This document shows, piece by piece, positions 29,791 through 39,650 of a stretch of DNA of 46,649 nt. The translations under genes were made by a program, and so were the position numbers. The stretch comes from Leptospirales bacterium (lineage in GTDB: Bacteria; Spirochaetota; Leptospiria; Turneriellales; JAOUFE01). How positions within the stretch are numbered: the first letter of the stretch is position 1; every line of letters starts with the position of its first letter. The notes under the pieces were generated by a model, which saw only the letters and a program-made list of their open reading frames with translations, was not told the origin of the DNA and made no database searches. Location: assembly GCA_040326155.1 (NCBI GenBank), contig JBEQLE010000025.1, forward strand, positions 1 through 46,649, given 5' to 3'.

Positions 29791-30267
29791 ATGAGTGCAT
29801 TGACTAAATTTCTTATACTTATACTGTTTTTTGGCCCGATTTCGGTAATAAACGGGGCCTCCGAAGACACTGCGTTGTCGTTAAAACAACAAAAAATGAC
29901 TTTGGCCCTTGGTCTTAGTCTCTACGAAGAAAAACGATACATACAGGCGCTTAGAGTATTGGATGATTTTATCGATATTTATCCTGAATCACCCTATCTT
30001 ACGGGGGCTCTTGAGGCTATGGCTCTTATATATGAAAAAACCCAAAGGTATATTGAGGCTTTGGAGATCTATCGGCGTCTCTACCAGGAAGCGGGTATGA
30101 CGACACAGGGAGTAAAATACTACTACTCTCAAGGACGTCTTCTTTATGAAATGGGTGAAATTCAAGATGCAGGAAAAATTTTCGAAGAAATAGTTCGTTT
30201 AAACCCCGATAGTCCATATGCAAAAAAAGCGAAAATTCAACTGCAGCTCAATGAGGTTTTTGATTAA
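29791..30267 (+). CDS. Exported TPR protein (BamD/CpoB-like repeats)
   Basis: Signal peptide; YPESPY and NPDSPYAKKA TPR motifs. The ATG at 29791 is preferred over 29749. Confidence 0.8.
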   Translation: MSALTKFLILILFFGPISVINGASEDTALSLKQQKMTLALGLSLYEEKRYIQALRVLDDFIDIYPESPYLTGALEAMALIYEKTQRYIEALEIYRRLYQEAGMTTQGVKYYYSQGRLLYEMGEIQDAGKIFEEIVRLNPDSPYAKKAKIQLQLNEVFD

Positions 30268-30393
30268 ACCGAGACAACTTTTCATGATTATTTTTATTGA
30301 CATATTAAGGGCCAAAATTTATGTTTCTATGAAATCGGCCCAAAACCTATCGTATATTTGCCAATCGTTAGCCCTTTTAAAGAGTAATTCACA

Positions 30394-30828
30394 ATGAATA
30401 TGTTCGAAAACCAAAAACGGTACCCCTATCGAGTTCTTGTTGTTGAAGACAATGAGATTACGCAGCTTTTACTTGAAAAAATCTTGTTACAACTGGGGTT
30501 TTATACGGTCGATATTGCCTCAAATGGCAGCGAAGCGCTAGATCAGGTAAAAACAACAGAATACGACATCATTTTTATGGATGTTATGATGCCTGTCATG
30601 GGGGGTCTGGAAGCCACTCAAATTCTTCGCAACAATTATAAACTGGATATTCCGATTATAGCGCTGACATCAAAAAAACTGAAAGAAGATGTATTATCGT
30701 GTAAAGACGCCGGAATGAGTCGCCATATTGGAAAGCCGTTTACATGGGAAACAATTTATAATGTTGTACAACATTACTTTGAAGACAGTGCCGCTCAGCT
30801 GGAAAAAAGTTCTTCACAAAACGTATAA
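30394..30828 (+). CDS. Single-domain response regulator
   Basis: LVVEDN, FMDVMMPVMGG, IIALT, KP. Confidence 0.9.
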   Translation: MNMFENQKRYPYRVLVVEDNEITQLLLEKILLQLGFYTVDIASNGSEALDQVKTTEYDIIFMDVMMPVMGGLEATQILRNNYKLDIPIIALTSKKLKEDVLSCKDAGMSRHIGKPFTWETIYNVVQHYFEDSAAQLEKSSSQNV

Positions 30829-31679
30829 AGATCGTCAGATTCAAAGGCTTTACCAATATCATTGCTGAAAAATTTCTTTTTGGCGTCATCAAGTTGCAAT
30901 AAATTACAATATTCATCGAACAAACCATCGAAATAGTCAAATGTTTCCTTTCTTTCGGGAATCATCTCTGTATATCGGTTTCGAAATAAAATTACCTCTG
31001 AAAAGCAGGCTATAATCCCAACGGTAGAGTCATTCTCACTTTCGGTGACATCATCAATGCCTCTTTCTGCCGCTTGAACCAGCTCTTCTGGTAGGTTCCA
31101 TTTTTTCATTGTATGAACAGTCATTTCAGGGGACGAAATACTGAAAGTGTCCTTTTCTTCTATAAATAAGTCTTGAATTTCCGTTCCCGCTTTAGTCGCT
31201 CTGAATAATTTTTCATATACTCCAGGAAAACGGCTATGCAAAAACAGTTGTCCGATATTTCTGAGCAAGGCCGCCATAAATGCATGCTCTTGCATAGGTC
31301 TGTTGCCGGTTTTTGCCGCAACGGTTCGCGCAATTACCGCCTTAATAATAGACCGAAGCCACAACTCTCTTTGTACATTTGTGTTTTGCTTCATATTCGG
31401 TATAAGCTCAGATACCGAGATCAGCAATGTTAGACTTTTAATACTTTTAAAACCCAGAAGTTTTAACGCCTGGTTTAAGTCAGATATATTGTTCACTCTG
31501 GAATAAAACGGAGAATTCGCCAGTTTAATAATTTTACTTACCAGGTTCGGGTCGGCTGTAATTAGAGTCGTCAACTGATCAAACGATATATCCATATCGC
31601 TCTCGTCAATATCCATTATTCGGGACATTACCTGCGGCATTGCCGGCAACTCTATATTTTCAAATAACGGCTGACTCAT
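30795..31679 (-). CDS. HDOD domain protein
   Basis: LPAMP, DPNLVSKIIKLANSPFY, ALKLLG, WNLP. The HD position reads RN. Confidence 0.9.
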   Translation of the reverse strand: MSQPLFENIELPAMPQVMSRIMDIDESDMDISFDQLTTLITADPNLVSKIIKLANSPFYSRVNNISDLNQALKLLGFKSIKSLTLLISVSELIPNMKQNTNVQRELWLRSIIKAVIARTVAAKTGNRPMQEHAFMAALLRNIGQLFLHSRFPGVYEKLFRATKAGTEIQDLFIEEKDTFSISSPEMTVHTMKKWNLPEELVQAAERGIDDVTESENDSTVGIIACFSEVILFRNRYTEMIPERKETFDYFDGLFDEYCNLLQLDDAKKKFFSNDIGKAFESDDLYTFCEELFSS

Positions 31680-32947
31680 GGTATAATATTTTTTATTCCT
31701 GCAGTTATATTTCTCATCCAGTCCAGAGAGTGCTCTTTATTTCTAAATCCAAGGGCGCTGTCAATTAAATTCCCATCAGAATCGGTAAGTGCCAGAGTGG
31801 GAAGTCCCACAGCATTATATTTCTGCAAAAGTTCCTCTTTTTCAGAGTCGGCCTTCGTTACATCCAGGCGAATGAGAACGATTCCTTTGGTCAATACAAT
31901 GGAGCGAAATTCCGGTGAAGTAAAAAGTTCCGCTTCCATTACATAACATTGTGTACACCATTCGGCCCAGAAATCAACTAAAATTACAGCCCCTGTTTTT
32001 TGGGCAACTTTCATACCTTCTTCCATGGAGTCATACCAGACAACTTCGCCTTCCACATGGATGTCGGTTGAAACGATTTCTACAGGATTAACTGGCTTTG
32101 TGTTTCCCCGTAGCGGTGAGGTCGCCAAGAAAAGGCCGAAAGCGGCAATTAACAGAAAAACGCTTACATAGAGTTTTCCTCGTTTTGTTTCCATAGCGCC
32201 GGCATTTAAAGGTTCAGCAAGCATTAAAAACACAGCGAATAATAAAACGCCTAAAATAGCATATAAAAGAAGGTTATCGGCATTTGGAAAAGGCCCCATA
32301 ATATCTTCTACGTAATGAAAAGCAAAGGTAAATAGTATCGTGGCTCCAATAAATTTTACAACTTGTAACCATTTGCCCGGTTTCGGCAATTTCACGGCAA
32401 AAGTTCCAATTAACAAAAAGGGAAGCCCCATTCCAAGACTAAAAGCAAAAGCTTGCGTAATTCCGGGTATAACACTCTCATTTGTTGCTGAATTTGCCGC
32501 AATATCGACTAAAACCGCTCCAAAAAACGGTGCCGTACAGGGAGCAGCAATAAAACCGGAAAATATACCCAGAATAAGCGGGTAGGTGATCATATTTTTC
32601 TTTTCAACATGCATCTTGTCGCCAAAATTAGGAAGCGGCATGGGAATTACCCCTAAAAAGCCAAGTCCCAGCAAAATAAATAGCACCGCAAACACCACAA
32701 TAACAATGGGGTCCCCCAGATATGCTCCGAAAACGGAACCTCCGAGAGCCGCTGCCAGACCAAGAGCCACGTATGTTAATGCCATTCCCAATACATATAT
32801 ACTCGAAAGGAAAAAGCCCTGCAACCAGTGACCTACCCGACCGGCTCCAAACAAGGCCGTTGTTATTGGTATCAACGGATAAACGCAGGCGCTTAACGAT
32901 GATATTAAACCTTGTGCAAAGGCAGTACCCAGAATTGCTAAAGTCAT
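31676..32947 (-). CDS. dsbD: DsbD-like thiol:disulfide interchange protein (CcdA TM domain plus thioredoxin; no N-terminal alpha domain)
   Basis: SACVYPLIP, APCTAP, DFWAEWCTQC, GLPT. Confidence 0.88.
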   Translation of the reverse strand: MTLAILGTAFAQGLISSLSACVYPLIPITTALFGAGRVGHWLQGFFLSSIYVLGMALTYVALGLAAALGGSVFGAYLGDPIVIVVFAVLFILLGLGFLGVIPMPLPNFGDKMHVEKKNMITYPLILGIFSGFIAAPCTAPFFGAVLVDIAANSATNESVIPGITQAFAFSLGMGLPFLLIGTFAVKLPKPGKWLQVVKFIGATILFTFAFHYVEDIMGPFPNADNLLLYAILGVLLFAVFLMLAEPLNAGAMETKRGKLYVSVFLLIAAFGLFLATSPLRGNTKPVNPVEIVSTDIHVEGEVVWYDSMEEGMKVAQKTGAVILVDFWAEWCTQCYVMEAELFTSPEFRSIVLTKGIVLIRLDVTKADSEKEELLQKYNAVGLPTLALTDSDGNLIDSALGFRNKEHSLDWMRNITAGIKNIIP

Positions 32948-33053
32948 ATTGTTACCTCTATTAATACACGGAGTCTTTTCTTACTAAAACTACTCTTTAA
33001 TGTATTAGACGTCCGTTCTTTTATGTATAAAAGAATATACATTATAATTTCAT

Positions 33054-33452
33054 TCATTTTTGTTCTACCGAGTGGGGAAAAACTATTTTTGCGCCGACCA
33101 CATAACCGATGAAAGCAAAGAATATACCAACCACACTATGCAAAGCCACATTTAATAAAACTGCCCCATATTGCAAGTCTCGTAATAATTGCGCTGTCTC
33201 ATTTGAAAATGTCGAGAACGTTGTAAAAGAGCCCAAAATAGCAATAAATATAAAATTTCTTACGTTCTCTGAAACCTTGTGTTTTTCAAAAGCAGCCCAT
33301 AAAAACCCGATTATGAGCGACCCGGCTAAATTAACGAACACTGTTGGCCAGGGAAATCCGGTTTTTATCGATGCCGGTAATAACAACACCACCAGATAGC
33401 GAGCAGAAGCGCCAATTGCGCCTCCAATGAATATCCAGGGTAGCATTTTCAT
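33054..33452 (-). CDS. crcB: Fluoride channel Fluc/CrcB
   Basis: GGAIGASARY, FPWPTVFVN, GSFTTFSTF. Confidence 0.95.
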   Translation of the reverse strand: MKMLPWIFIGGAIGASARYLVVLLLPASIKTGFPWPTVFVNLAGSLIIGFLWAAFEKHKVSENVRNFIFIAILGSFTTFSTFSNETAQLLRDLQYGAVLLNVALHSVVGIFFAFIGYVVGAKIVFPHSVEQK

Positions 33453-33509
33453 TCAATAGCAAGACAAGTGGATAACGGAAATCAACTTGTAAAGGTTTAT
33501 AAATCTACT

Positions 33510-33587
33510 CTACAACCCAAGACCAAATAGAATAATCATAGAAATGCATAATATAATTACGACTGTAATTTTGAACGTTTTATTCAT
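33510..33587 (-). CDS. Small single-TM peptide (25 aa)
   Basis: GGGAG RBS, then MNKTFKITVVIILCISMIILFGLGL*. Confidence 0.5.
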   Translation of the reverse strand: MNKTFKITVVIILCISMIILFGLGL

Positions 33588-33685
33588 GTTAACTCCCGGA
33601 TAAGCTTACTTCTCTGGATAAAATGAGCAATTTCTACCCAATTTTCACTTTTTTTTCAGATTTAGCCAAAAAAAACATTATTTTT

Positions 33686-33713
33686 GGAACCTTTTCCAAT
33701 AATTTGGGTCTAA
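33686..33713 (+). promoter_or_regulatory. ECF (sigmaE-type) promoter
   Basis: GGAACCT-N16-TCTAA directly upstream of the ECF operon. Confidence 0.75.
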
Positions 33714-33720
33714 CTGGCAA

Positions 33721-34212
33721 ATGACTGGAAGAGAAAAAAGAATACTAAGCAGTATCATAGTTGGGACCTTTATTACGCTGTTGCTACTTCCTTCCTCACA
33801 TGCAACTCCTCCTGACTCTAATGACAAAGGTTCCGACTGCGACTGTAAAGAATCTCCTTCCAGGTATCGCCATGGTGTTACTCCTCCTCATCATGGCGAT
33901 CATTTGTTTATCGATTTTACCCAAAAGGCTGATGAGTTAGACCTCACCAAAACTCAGGTAAAAAAATTCAACCAACTGAATCATAAATTTGTTGATAAAA
34001 TAAAACCATTGCAGGTCTCTGTAAGTGCAGAACTAAACCGTCTGCATACAATACTTCAAGAGCCCGAAATCAATTTGAAACGAATTCGCGTCGTTCTCGA
34101 AAAGATAAGCCCTTTTAGAATCAGTATTTTAATTTTAAAAATTGAGCATCGGGTGGCGGCACAGAAACTCTTGACAGATGATCAAAGAGAGAAATTGAGT
34201 AATAAAAGATAA
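33721..34212 (+). CDS. Spy/CpxP-like periplasmic protein
   Basis: Signal peptide, LDLTKTQ and LLTDDQREKL (LTxxQ motifs), plus CDC and HHGDH. Confidence 0.82.
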   Translation: MTGREKRILSSIIVGTFITLLLLPSSHATPPDSNDKGSDCDCKESPSRYRHGVTPPHHGDHLFIDFTQKADELDLTKTQVKKFNQLNHKFVDKIKPLQVSVSAELNRLHTILQEPEINLKRIRVVLEKISPFRISILILKIEHRVAAQKLLTDDQREKLSNKR

Positions 34213-34225
34213 TATCGGTCTTCAA

Positions 34226-34741
34226 ATGACAGAAAAAGAATTTACCAAATTTGTAAATGATACCAAAAGCGTTGTTTTGGGCGCTGTTCAAAAATATTTG
34301 CATGCTGAAAACGTGTCGTCTATTGATGATGTTGTACAAGAAATTTATTTACGCGCCTATAAAGCTTTGTCTAAAAAAAAATTCCGATCTGAGTCGTCGA
34401 TTACCACTTGGCTTTACACCATTGCAAAAAATGAATCTTTCCGATTCAATGATAAAATGGCAAAAGAGAGGGAAAAAGTCGAAGAGATGACCCCGCAAAC
34501 CCCGGAACCGTTTAAAACAGATGATGGTAGCTGGGCTCAAGAAACCACCCAGTATTTTAAGGAACTTATTAAAAATTTACCTAAAAAGTATCGAGAGGTT
34601 ATTGAACTTGACATTATGGGATATCGTGATAAACAAATTGCCCAGATGTTAAATATAAGCGCCGGTACTGTAAAATCAAGAAATTCTCGGGCTCGAGATA
34701 TGATTCGGCAGTTGGCTGCGCAGGATGGTTATAATGGTTGA
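34226..34741 (+). CDS. ECF RNA polymerase sigma factor
   Basis: DDVVQEIYLRAY, TWLYTIAKN, LPKKYREV, IAQMLNISAGTVKSRNSRAR. Confidence 0.93.
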   Translation: MTEKEFTKFVNDTKSVVLGAVQKYLHAENVSSIDDVVQEIYLRAYKALSKKKFRSESSITTWLYTIAKNESFRFNDKMAKEREKVEEMTPQTPEPFKTDDGSWAQETTQYFKELIKNLPKKYREVIELDIMGYRDKQIAQMLNISAGTVKSRNSRARDMIRQLAAQDGYNG

Positions 34742-35136
34742 TATTTCAAAAAATGTTGTCTATGGAGCAAACTATGCAAGAAAAATTTAACCTGGAAATT
34801 CAAAAACGATTGAATAATGAGTTATGGGGCGCTCAAATTGCCGCACATGTTATTCAAGTCGGTGAAGTGAAAGCTCTTTCATCTGAGTCCGCAATAAAAA
34901 AGTTTAAACTTTACTCTCTTGGCTCCATTGCTGCTTTATTTGTTGCCGTAATCGGCTTCTCTACCACATTTTATTACAACGACTATTTCTCTATTCCCGA
35001 TACCGAAACCAACATCGCAAACTCACCTGCTGAAAATTACCACAAACAACGTCAGCTTGAAAGGAATAACAACTCCATACTCTATGATAATTTAGATAAT
35101 ATTGTAGAAGCTTCTATAAATATGCGTACCTGGTAA
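34738..35136 (+). CDS. Putative single-TM anti-sigma factor
   Basis: Directly follows the ECF gene and has one central TM. Start is possibly 34774 (GGAG RBS). Confidence 0.65.
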   Translation: MIFQKMLSMEQTMQEKFNLEIQKRLNNELWGAQIAAHVIQVGEVKALSSESAIKKFKLYSLGSIAALFVAVIGFSTTFYYNDYFSIPDTETNIANSPAENYHKQRQLERNNNSILYDNLDNIVEASINMRTW

Positions 35137-35137
35137 A

Positions 35138-36094
35138 TTGCCTGAAATAACCGGTCACCTTGAGCCGGTAATATTCCGACAATTCAATATGGACTTTTTG
35201 CGCAATTGGGTTGAAAATAACCCTGTCAGCGAATCACTTTCTCTCGAAAAAGTTGGCGAATCGCTTTTACTTCTTCTTACCTTATTTATAATTCAAAAAC
35301 TGACTGGGAAAATGCTCGAAAAGCGGTCTCGCCGCATCGAAAAAGTTTATGAGTGGAAAAAAATTGCCCGGTATATTATTGGAACAATCGGTATTTTTGT
35401 TTTTTTGCGCATCTGGTTTGAAGGTTTTCAAAGTCTAATTACTTTCTTAGGAATTCTTTCTGCCGGTATAGCCATAGCGCTAAAAGATTTTATAGCGAAT
35501 ATGGTCGGGTGGATTTTTATTGTTTCGCGCAATCCTTTTAATGTAGGCGATAGAATTCAAATTGGTGATATCTCCGGGGATGTGGTTGATATACGATTGT
35601 TTCAATTCACCTTGCTTGAGATCGGCAACTGGGTTGACTCGGACCAAAGTACGGGAAGGCTTATTCATGTTCCGAACGGCAGGGTTTTTCAGACTCCTCA
35701 GGCAAACTATACACAATCTTTTAAATATATCTGGAATGAAATATCAACTTGTATAACTTTTGAAAGCGACCATGTGAAAGCAAAAAAAATTCTACTGAAA
35801 GTTCTTAATAAAATCGCGTTGCCTATGACGGAAGGGGCTGAAGAAGAGTTTGAAGAAGCAAGAAAACGGTTTTTAATTATCCATGGGACGATTTCTCCGC
35901 AGGTATATATAAAGGTAATTGACCAGGGAGTTGAGCTTTTGCTTCGTTATCTTGTACCCGCCAGAAAAAGAAGAGATTCTGAAAACGATCTCTGGGAAGA
36001 AATTTTAAGGATTTTTAACAAAGAAAAAAATATTCAATTTGCCTACCCTACAACAAGGTTTTATTCGGAAAAGCAAAAACAAATAAAACTCTAA
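35138..36094 (+). CDS. MscS-family mechanosensitive channel
   Basis: AIALKDFIAN, PFNVGDRIQIG, GDVVDI, VPNG, FAYPT. Confidence 0.92.
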   Translation: MPEITGHLEPVIFRQFNMDFLRNWVENNPVSESLSLEKVGESLLLLLTLFIIQKLTGKMLEKRSRRIEKVYEWKKIARYIIGTIGIFVFLRIWFEGFQSLITFLGILSAGIAIALKDFIANMVGWIFIVSRNPFNVGDRIQIGDISGDVVDIRLFQFTLLEIGNWVDSDQSTGRLIHVPNGRVFQTPQANYTQSFKYIWNEISTCITFESDHVKAKKILLKVLNKIALPMTEGAEEEFEEARKRFLIIHGTISPQVYIKVIDQGVELLLRYLVPARKRRDSENDLWEEILRIFNKEKNIQFAYPTTRFYSEKQKQIKL

Positions 36095-37011
36095 ACCCTG
36101 CCGCGAAAGCTCCTGTGAATTAGCAACCATAACCCGACGAGAATAAACAGACCGCCATAAACTTTCTTTGCATCTAATGGTTCGCCCAATAAAAAAAAGG
36201 CGGCGACCAAAACAATAACAGGTTCAATAAGCATTGCGCTGTTTAGTTTCGATATTTCAAGGTATTTATGGGCTTCAAAGTATAGAGCCCTGCCCAGCAT
36301 CATTCCGCTGACAGAAACAGTCCCTAAAATAAACACGACTTCTATTGGTATAAATATGACCCGGCCCAACAATACAAATATTGTACCAAATAATATAACC
36401 ATGCATATGGCTCTTAAGTAGGTAAATTCCATTCCATGCAACTGAGGTGCATATTTTTTTACCAACAAGCTCTGGATAGCATAGATAAAAGCTGAAACTA
36501 AAACCGCTGCGACAGCTTTTGGAGCAACCTGGGATTCTAATGTGGCAATTAAAAAGACTCCGGGTATAAGCAAGGCAAAACCCGATAGCTCAATCAGCGT
36601 AAATCGTTCTTTTAAGAATATCAGACCAAATATGGCCGAGTATACAATTATAACTTTTGCTAAAAGGGAGACTACACCGGCAGCAGCATGTTTTAAAGCA
36701 AAAATCCATAATACACCTCCGATGGATGTTAAAACAGAAATAGCAAGAATTACCCAACCATCTCTTTTAAATGAAACAATCAATCTTTTTCGCGCCGGGG
36801 AAGAAGTTACATAATATGGAAGTACAAGTATTAAGGCGCCGATAAATCCCCAGACCATACCAGTTTCGGGGTTTAAAGAAGGGTACTGGTTAAACGCATA
36901 CCGAATTCCCAGGCTGTTTATACCAAAGAAAATCGCCGTTATAACGGCAAATAAATACCCTTTAGAAACGTTTGATTTTGAATTGACCACAGGTGCATCA
37001 ATAATAATCAT
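36091..37011 (-). CDS. DMT/EamA family transporter
   Basis: Ten TM segments in two repeats; FLKERF and LLGEPL. Confidence 0.9.
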   Translation of the reverse strand: MIIIDAPVVNSKSNVSKGYLFAVITAIFFGINSLGIRYAFNQYPSLNPETGMVWGFIGALILVLPYYVTSSPARKRLIVSFKRDGWVILAISVLTSIGGVLWIFALKHAAAGVVSLLAKVIIVYSAIFGLIFLKERFTLIELSGFALLIPGVFLIATLESQVAPKAVAAVLVSAFIYAIQSLLVKKYAPQLHGMEFTYLRAICMVILFGTIFVLLGRVIFIPIEVVFILGTVSVSGMMLGRALYFEAHKYLEISKLNSAMLIEPVIVLVAAFFLLGEPLDAKKVYGGLFILVGLWLLIHRSFRGRV

Positions 37012-37052
37012 TTCACGGTGAGAAGCTTTACTTAATTTGGAAATTATCGCAT

Positions 37053-37478
37053 ATGAAGGATGAAAAATTTGTTAGACTTGCCGTTGACGCCATCATTGAA
37101 AATAAAAACGGTATTTTATTCATAGAAAGAAAGTATGAACCACCGGGCTGGGCTCTACCAGGCGGGTTTGTCGATTATGGGGAGACAGTAGAAAAAGCCG
37201 TGTGTCGTGAAGTTAAGGAAGAAACCGGCTTGCAAGTTACCGATTTTACCCAATTTCATGTTTATTCCGACCCAGAACGAGACCCTCGAAATATACATGT
37301 TGCCAGTGTTGTGTTTGTTGCTCAAGCAAAAGGGGAGCCTGTAGGTTCTGACGACGCTAAAACCGCCCGTTTTTTTCCGCGTGATAGTTTGCCCGAACTC
37401 GCATTTGACCACGCTGCCATCATCTCGGACTATATTACCCGCTACCCGTTTTCAGCGCATACAAAAGATTTTGAATAA
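37053..37478 (+). CDS. NUDIX hydrolase
   Basis: Nudix box [32 protein letters not shown]. Confidence 0.95.
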   Translation: MKDEKFVRLAVDAIIENKNGILFIERKYEPPGWALPGGFVDYGETVEKAVCREVKEETGLQVTDFTQFHVYSDPERDPRNIHVASVVFVAQAKGEPVGSDDAKTARFFPRDSLPELAFDHAAIISDYITRYPFSAHTKDFE

Positions 37479-37580
37479 AAGACGCGTTGCGCTTTACAAA
37501 GCAGGGTTTTTAAAAACCACTTGACTATATCAGTGGGTAGGTCATATATCAGTCTAATTTCTGAGCTTCGGAGGAACTGC

Positions 37581-39014
37581 ATGAAACATATTTTTCACCT
37601 GACTATTACTTCTTTACTATTCTGCTTCCTTTCTCTGGGACTTTTTTCAAATACTCGCAAAGCTGATATTTCACTTTCGATGGTCTATTCGAATGCTATT
37701 TCAGACGATTTACCAAATGTTATATTCGATAAAGGAAAAAAATGGACTCCTGATCCCAAAGCCAGGTTTATAAAACTTCATATGTATTTTGACCAGCGTG
37801 TCAGCGCCTCTGCAATCAACATTGACACCTGTGGAGATACGTTAAAAAATAATGTCACAATGTTTATAAACTTCGACCAGTGGGTTATGAACCTCGACAA
37901 AACCGAAGACTTTTATTCCCAGCCCGAAAAAGTAATTGGTCAAAACAAAGAAAAATTTCTTACCATTAAATTTCCCGAAGAGCAACGCGGCAAAATTCGT
38001 TCTATTACTATAAATTTCGAAACCAACACTGATTTTTCCATTTGTGATATTTCGCTTACTGACACAGAAAATCAAAAGCAAAATATTGTTACCCCGAAAA
38101 TAGTTCCCGGCAGTGTGGTTGCGTCGAATACCCTTAAACCCGATTCAGCATACAATGTTATGAATTTATTCGACTCTCGTTTTGAATTCGGCTGGGCTAC
38201 CGACGGTGTTGACGAAGATGTTGTTCTAGATTTCAATTTCAAAAAAACAACCACAATTACGAAATTAAAAATCTGGAATGGGTACCAACGAAGCGCTCTA
38301 CATTGTTTCAGCAACTCTCGCCCGAAAACTCTTTTACTGGAAGGCGACAAAGGGTATAGTGTTGAACTTGAAGTAGAAGACATAATGGGCTCTCAAGTTA
38401 TTAAACTACCAAAACCGTTTAAAGGTAAAAACCTGCAAATGACCATTGTAAACTCATACGCCGGCAAAAAATACAAAGATCTTGTTATAAGCGAACTCAG
38501 GTTTCATAATGGAAAACAATGGTTCATGCTCAACCCTCTTCCGCAGATTAAAAGCATTATCAGTAATCTCAGAAAAAATTTCCGCAAGGGCGGGCTTGAA
38601 CAGATTCTGAACAATGGCCTGATCGGGGAAATCTATACCGACGAAGGCAGCAATTTTTCCAAACTCAGGTTACGAGCAGATGGTAGTTTTTATATTTCGG
38701 GCTTTGCTTCTAGTTATGAAAGTGAAATACAAACGAACTACTTTGGACTGGGTAATTATACTGTCCGCAAAGTAAGCTCAGGCGGTATTGAACTGAGTCT
38801 ATTTGGCTTATATTATAGAACCGAAGAGGTGTTTTACGGAGACTGCAATGGTTGTGGACGCGATTGTAATACTCCAGAAGAAGATAATAACCAGAAAATT
38901 TTCTCGATCAAGGTTCTTCTTTCTCCGGGGGAAAAAGGAGCCGTTCAAATGAAAGTTCTTAAAGGTTCCCAATCTATAAAAATCTCAGACATGACGTATC
39001 TGGAAGAACAATGA
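37581..39014 (+). CDS. Exported protein with a discoidin/galactose-binding-like domain and a CxxCxxxC motif
   Basis: GGAGG RBS before the ATG at 37581; signal peptide; NLFD..FGWAT...KIWNGYQRS...ISELRF; GDCNGCGRDCN. Confidence 0.75.
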   Translation: MKHIFHLTITSLLFCFLSLGLFSNTRKADISLSMVYSNAISDDLPNVIFDKGKKWTPDPKARFIKLHMYFDQRVSASAINIDTCGDTLKNNVTMFINFDQWVMNLDKTEDFYSQPEKVIGQNKEKFLTIKFPEEQRGKIRSITINFETNTDFSICDISLTDTENQKQNIVTPKIVPGSVVASNTLKPDSAYNVMNLFDSRFEFGWATDGVDEDVVLDFNFKKTTTITKLKIWNGYQRSALHCFSNSRPKTLLLEGDKGYSVELEVEDIMGSQVIKLPKPFKGKNLQMTIVNSYAGKKYKDLVISELRFHNGKQWFMLNPLPQIKSIISNLRKNFRKGGLEQILNNGLIGEIYTDEGSNFSKLRLRADGSFYISGFASSYESEIQTNYFGLGNYTVRKVSSGGIELSLFGLYYRTEEVFYGDCNGCGRDCNTPEEDNNQKIFSIKVLLSPGEKGAVQMKVLKGSQSIKISDMTYLEEQ

Positions 39015-39574
39015 AACGAATTTTTTTGAACGGGCTGTTACTGTTGGCGGTTATAGTCGGCTTTTCGATTTCGGCTAAAACACCGACAAAGTCAAAAGAA
39101 AAAGTTAAAGTTAAGATTTCATGGAAGTATAAAAATGTTCCTGAAAGTATGAAGGTTTATTACACATCTTCGGATGATATAAAAGAACACCCGTTGTGGA
39201 AAACCAAGTCGGTTTCGGACCGCTCAGCCATTCCTGTTGGTAAAGAAATTTCTAATGGAAAATTTATGGTCGAGCGGGGAGGCGCGTTTCGGTTTGTACT
39301 GGTTTACCACAACACCACCGGGGAGGAGATCTATTTTTTTGCGGCTCCGCACCGGGTTGAACCTGAAGAAAATTCTCTAGGTTTTAAATTTAAATGTTTA
39401 TGTGTGAACCATGCGTTTCATGTTCCCGCTGGTGAGTACTGGTATAGAATTGTGGAATTTCGAGCTTCGGAACACATCACAGGAAACAAGCTCGATATTT
39501 CCCACACAATAGTAAAAGTCTCCGATGACGAACTCGAGTATTATTCGAATTCCGGAAATACACATGGAATGTAA
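39011..39574 (+). CDS. Exported CtaG/Cox11-like CxC protein
   Basis: Signal/anchor, N.T....F.A.H.V.P...FKCLC resembles the Cox11 KxxCFC region. ATGA overlap with the upstream gene. Confidence 0.6.
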   Translation: MKRIFLNGLLLLAVIVGFSISAKTPTKSKEKVKVKISWKYKNVPESMKVYYTSSDDIKEHPLWKTKSVSDRSAIPVGKEISNGKFMVERGGAFRFVLVYHNTTGEEIYFFAAPHRVEPEENSLGFKFKCLCVNHAFHVPAGEYWYRIVEFRASEHITGNKLDISHTIVKVSDDELEYYSNSGNTHGM

Positions 39575-39650
39575 AGGGCCAACTATAAGTTTTTGTTTGT
39601 TTTAAATTTACTCGATTTATTTTTTAATTAGTCTAAGGTGTACGCGTCCG

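Noticed and set aside
33453..33620. Fluoride riboswitch upstream of crcB
   Set aside because: No GGCGATGG...CGCC-type consensus found
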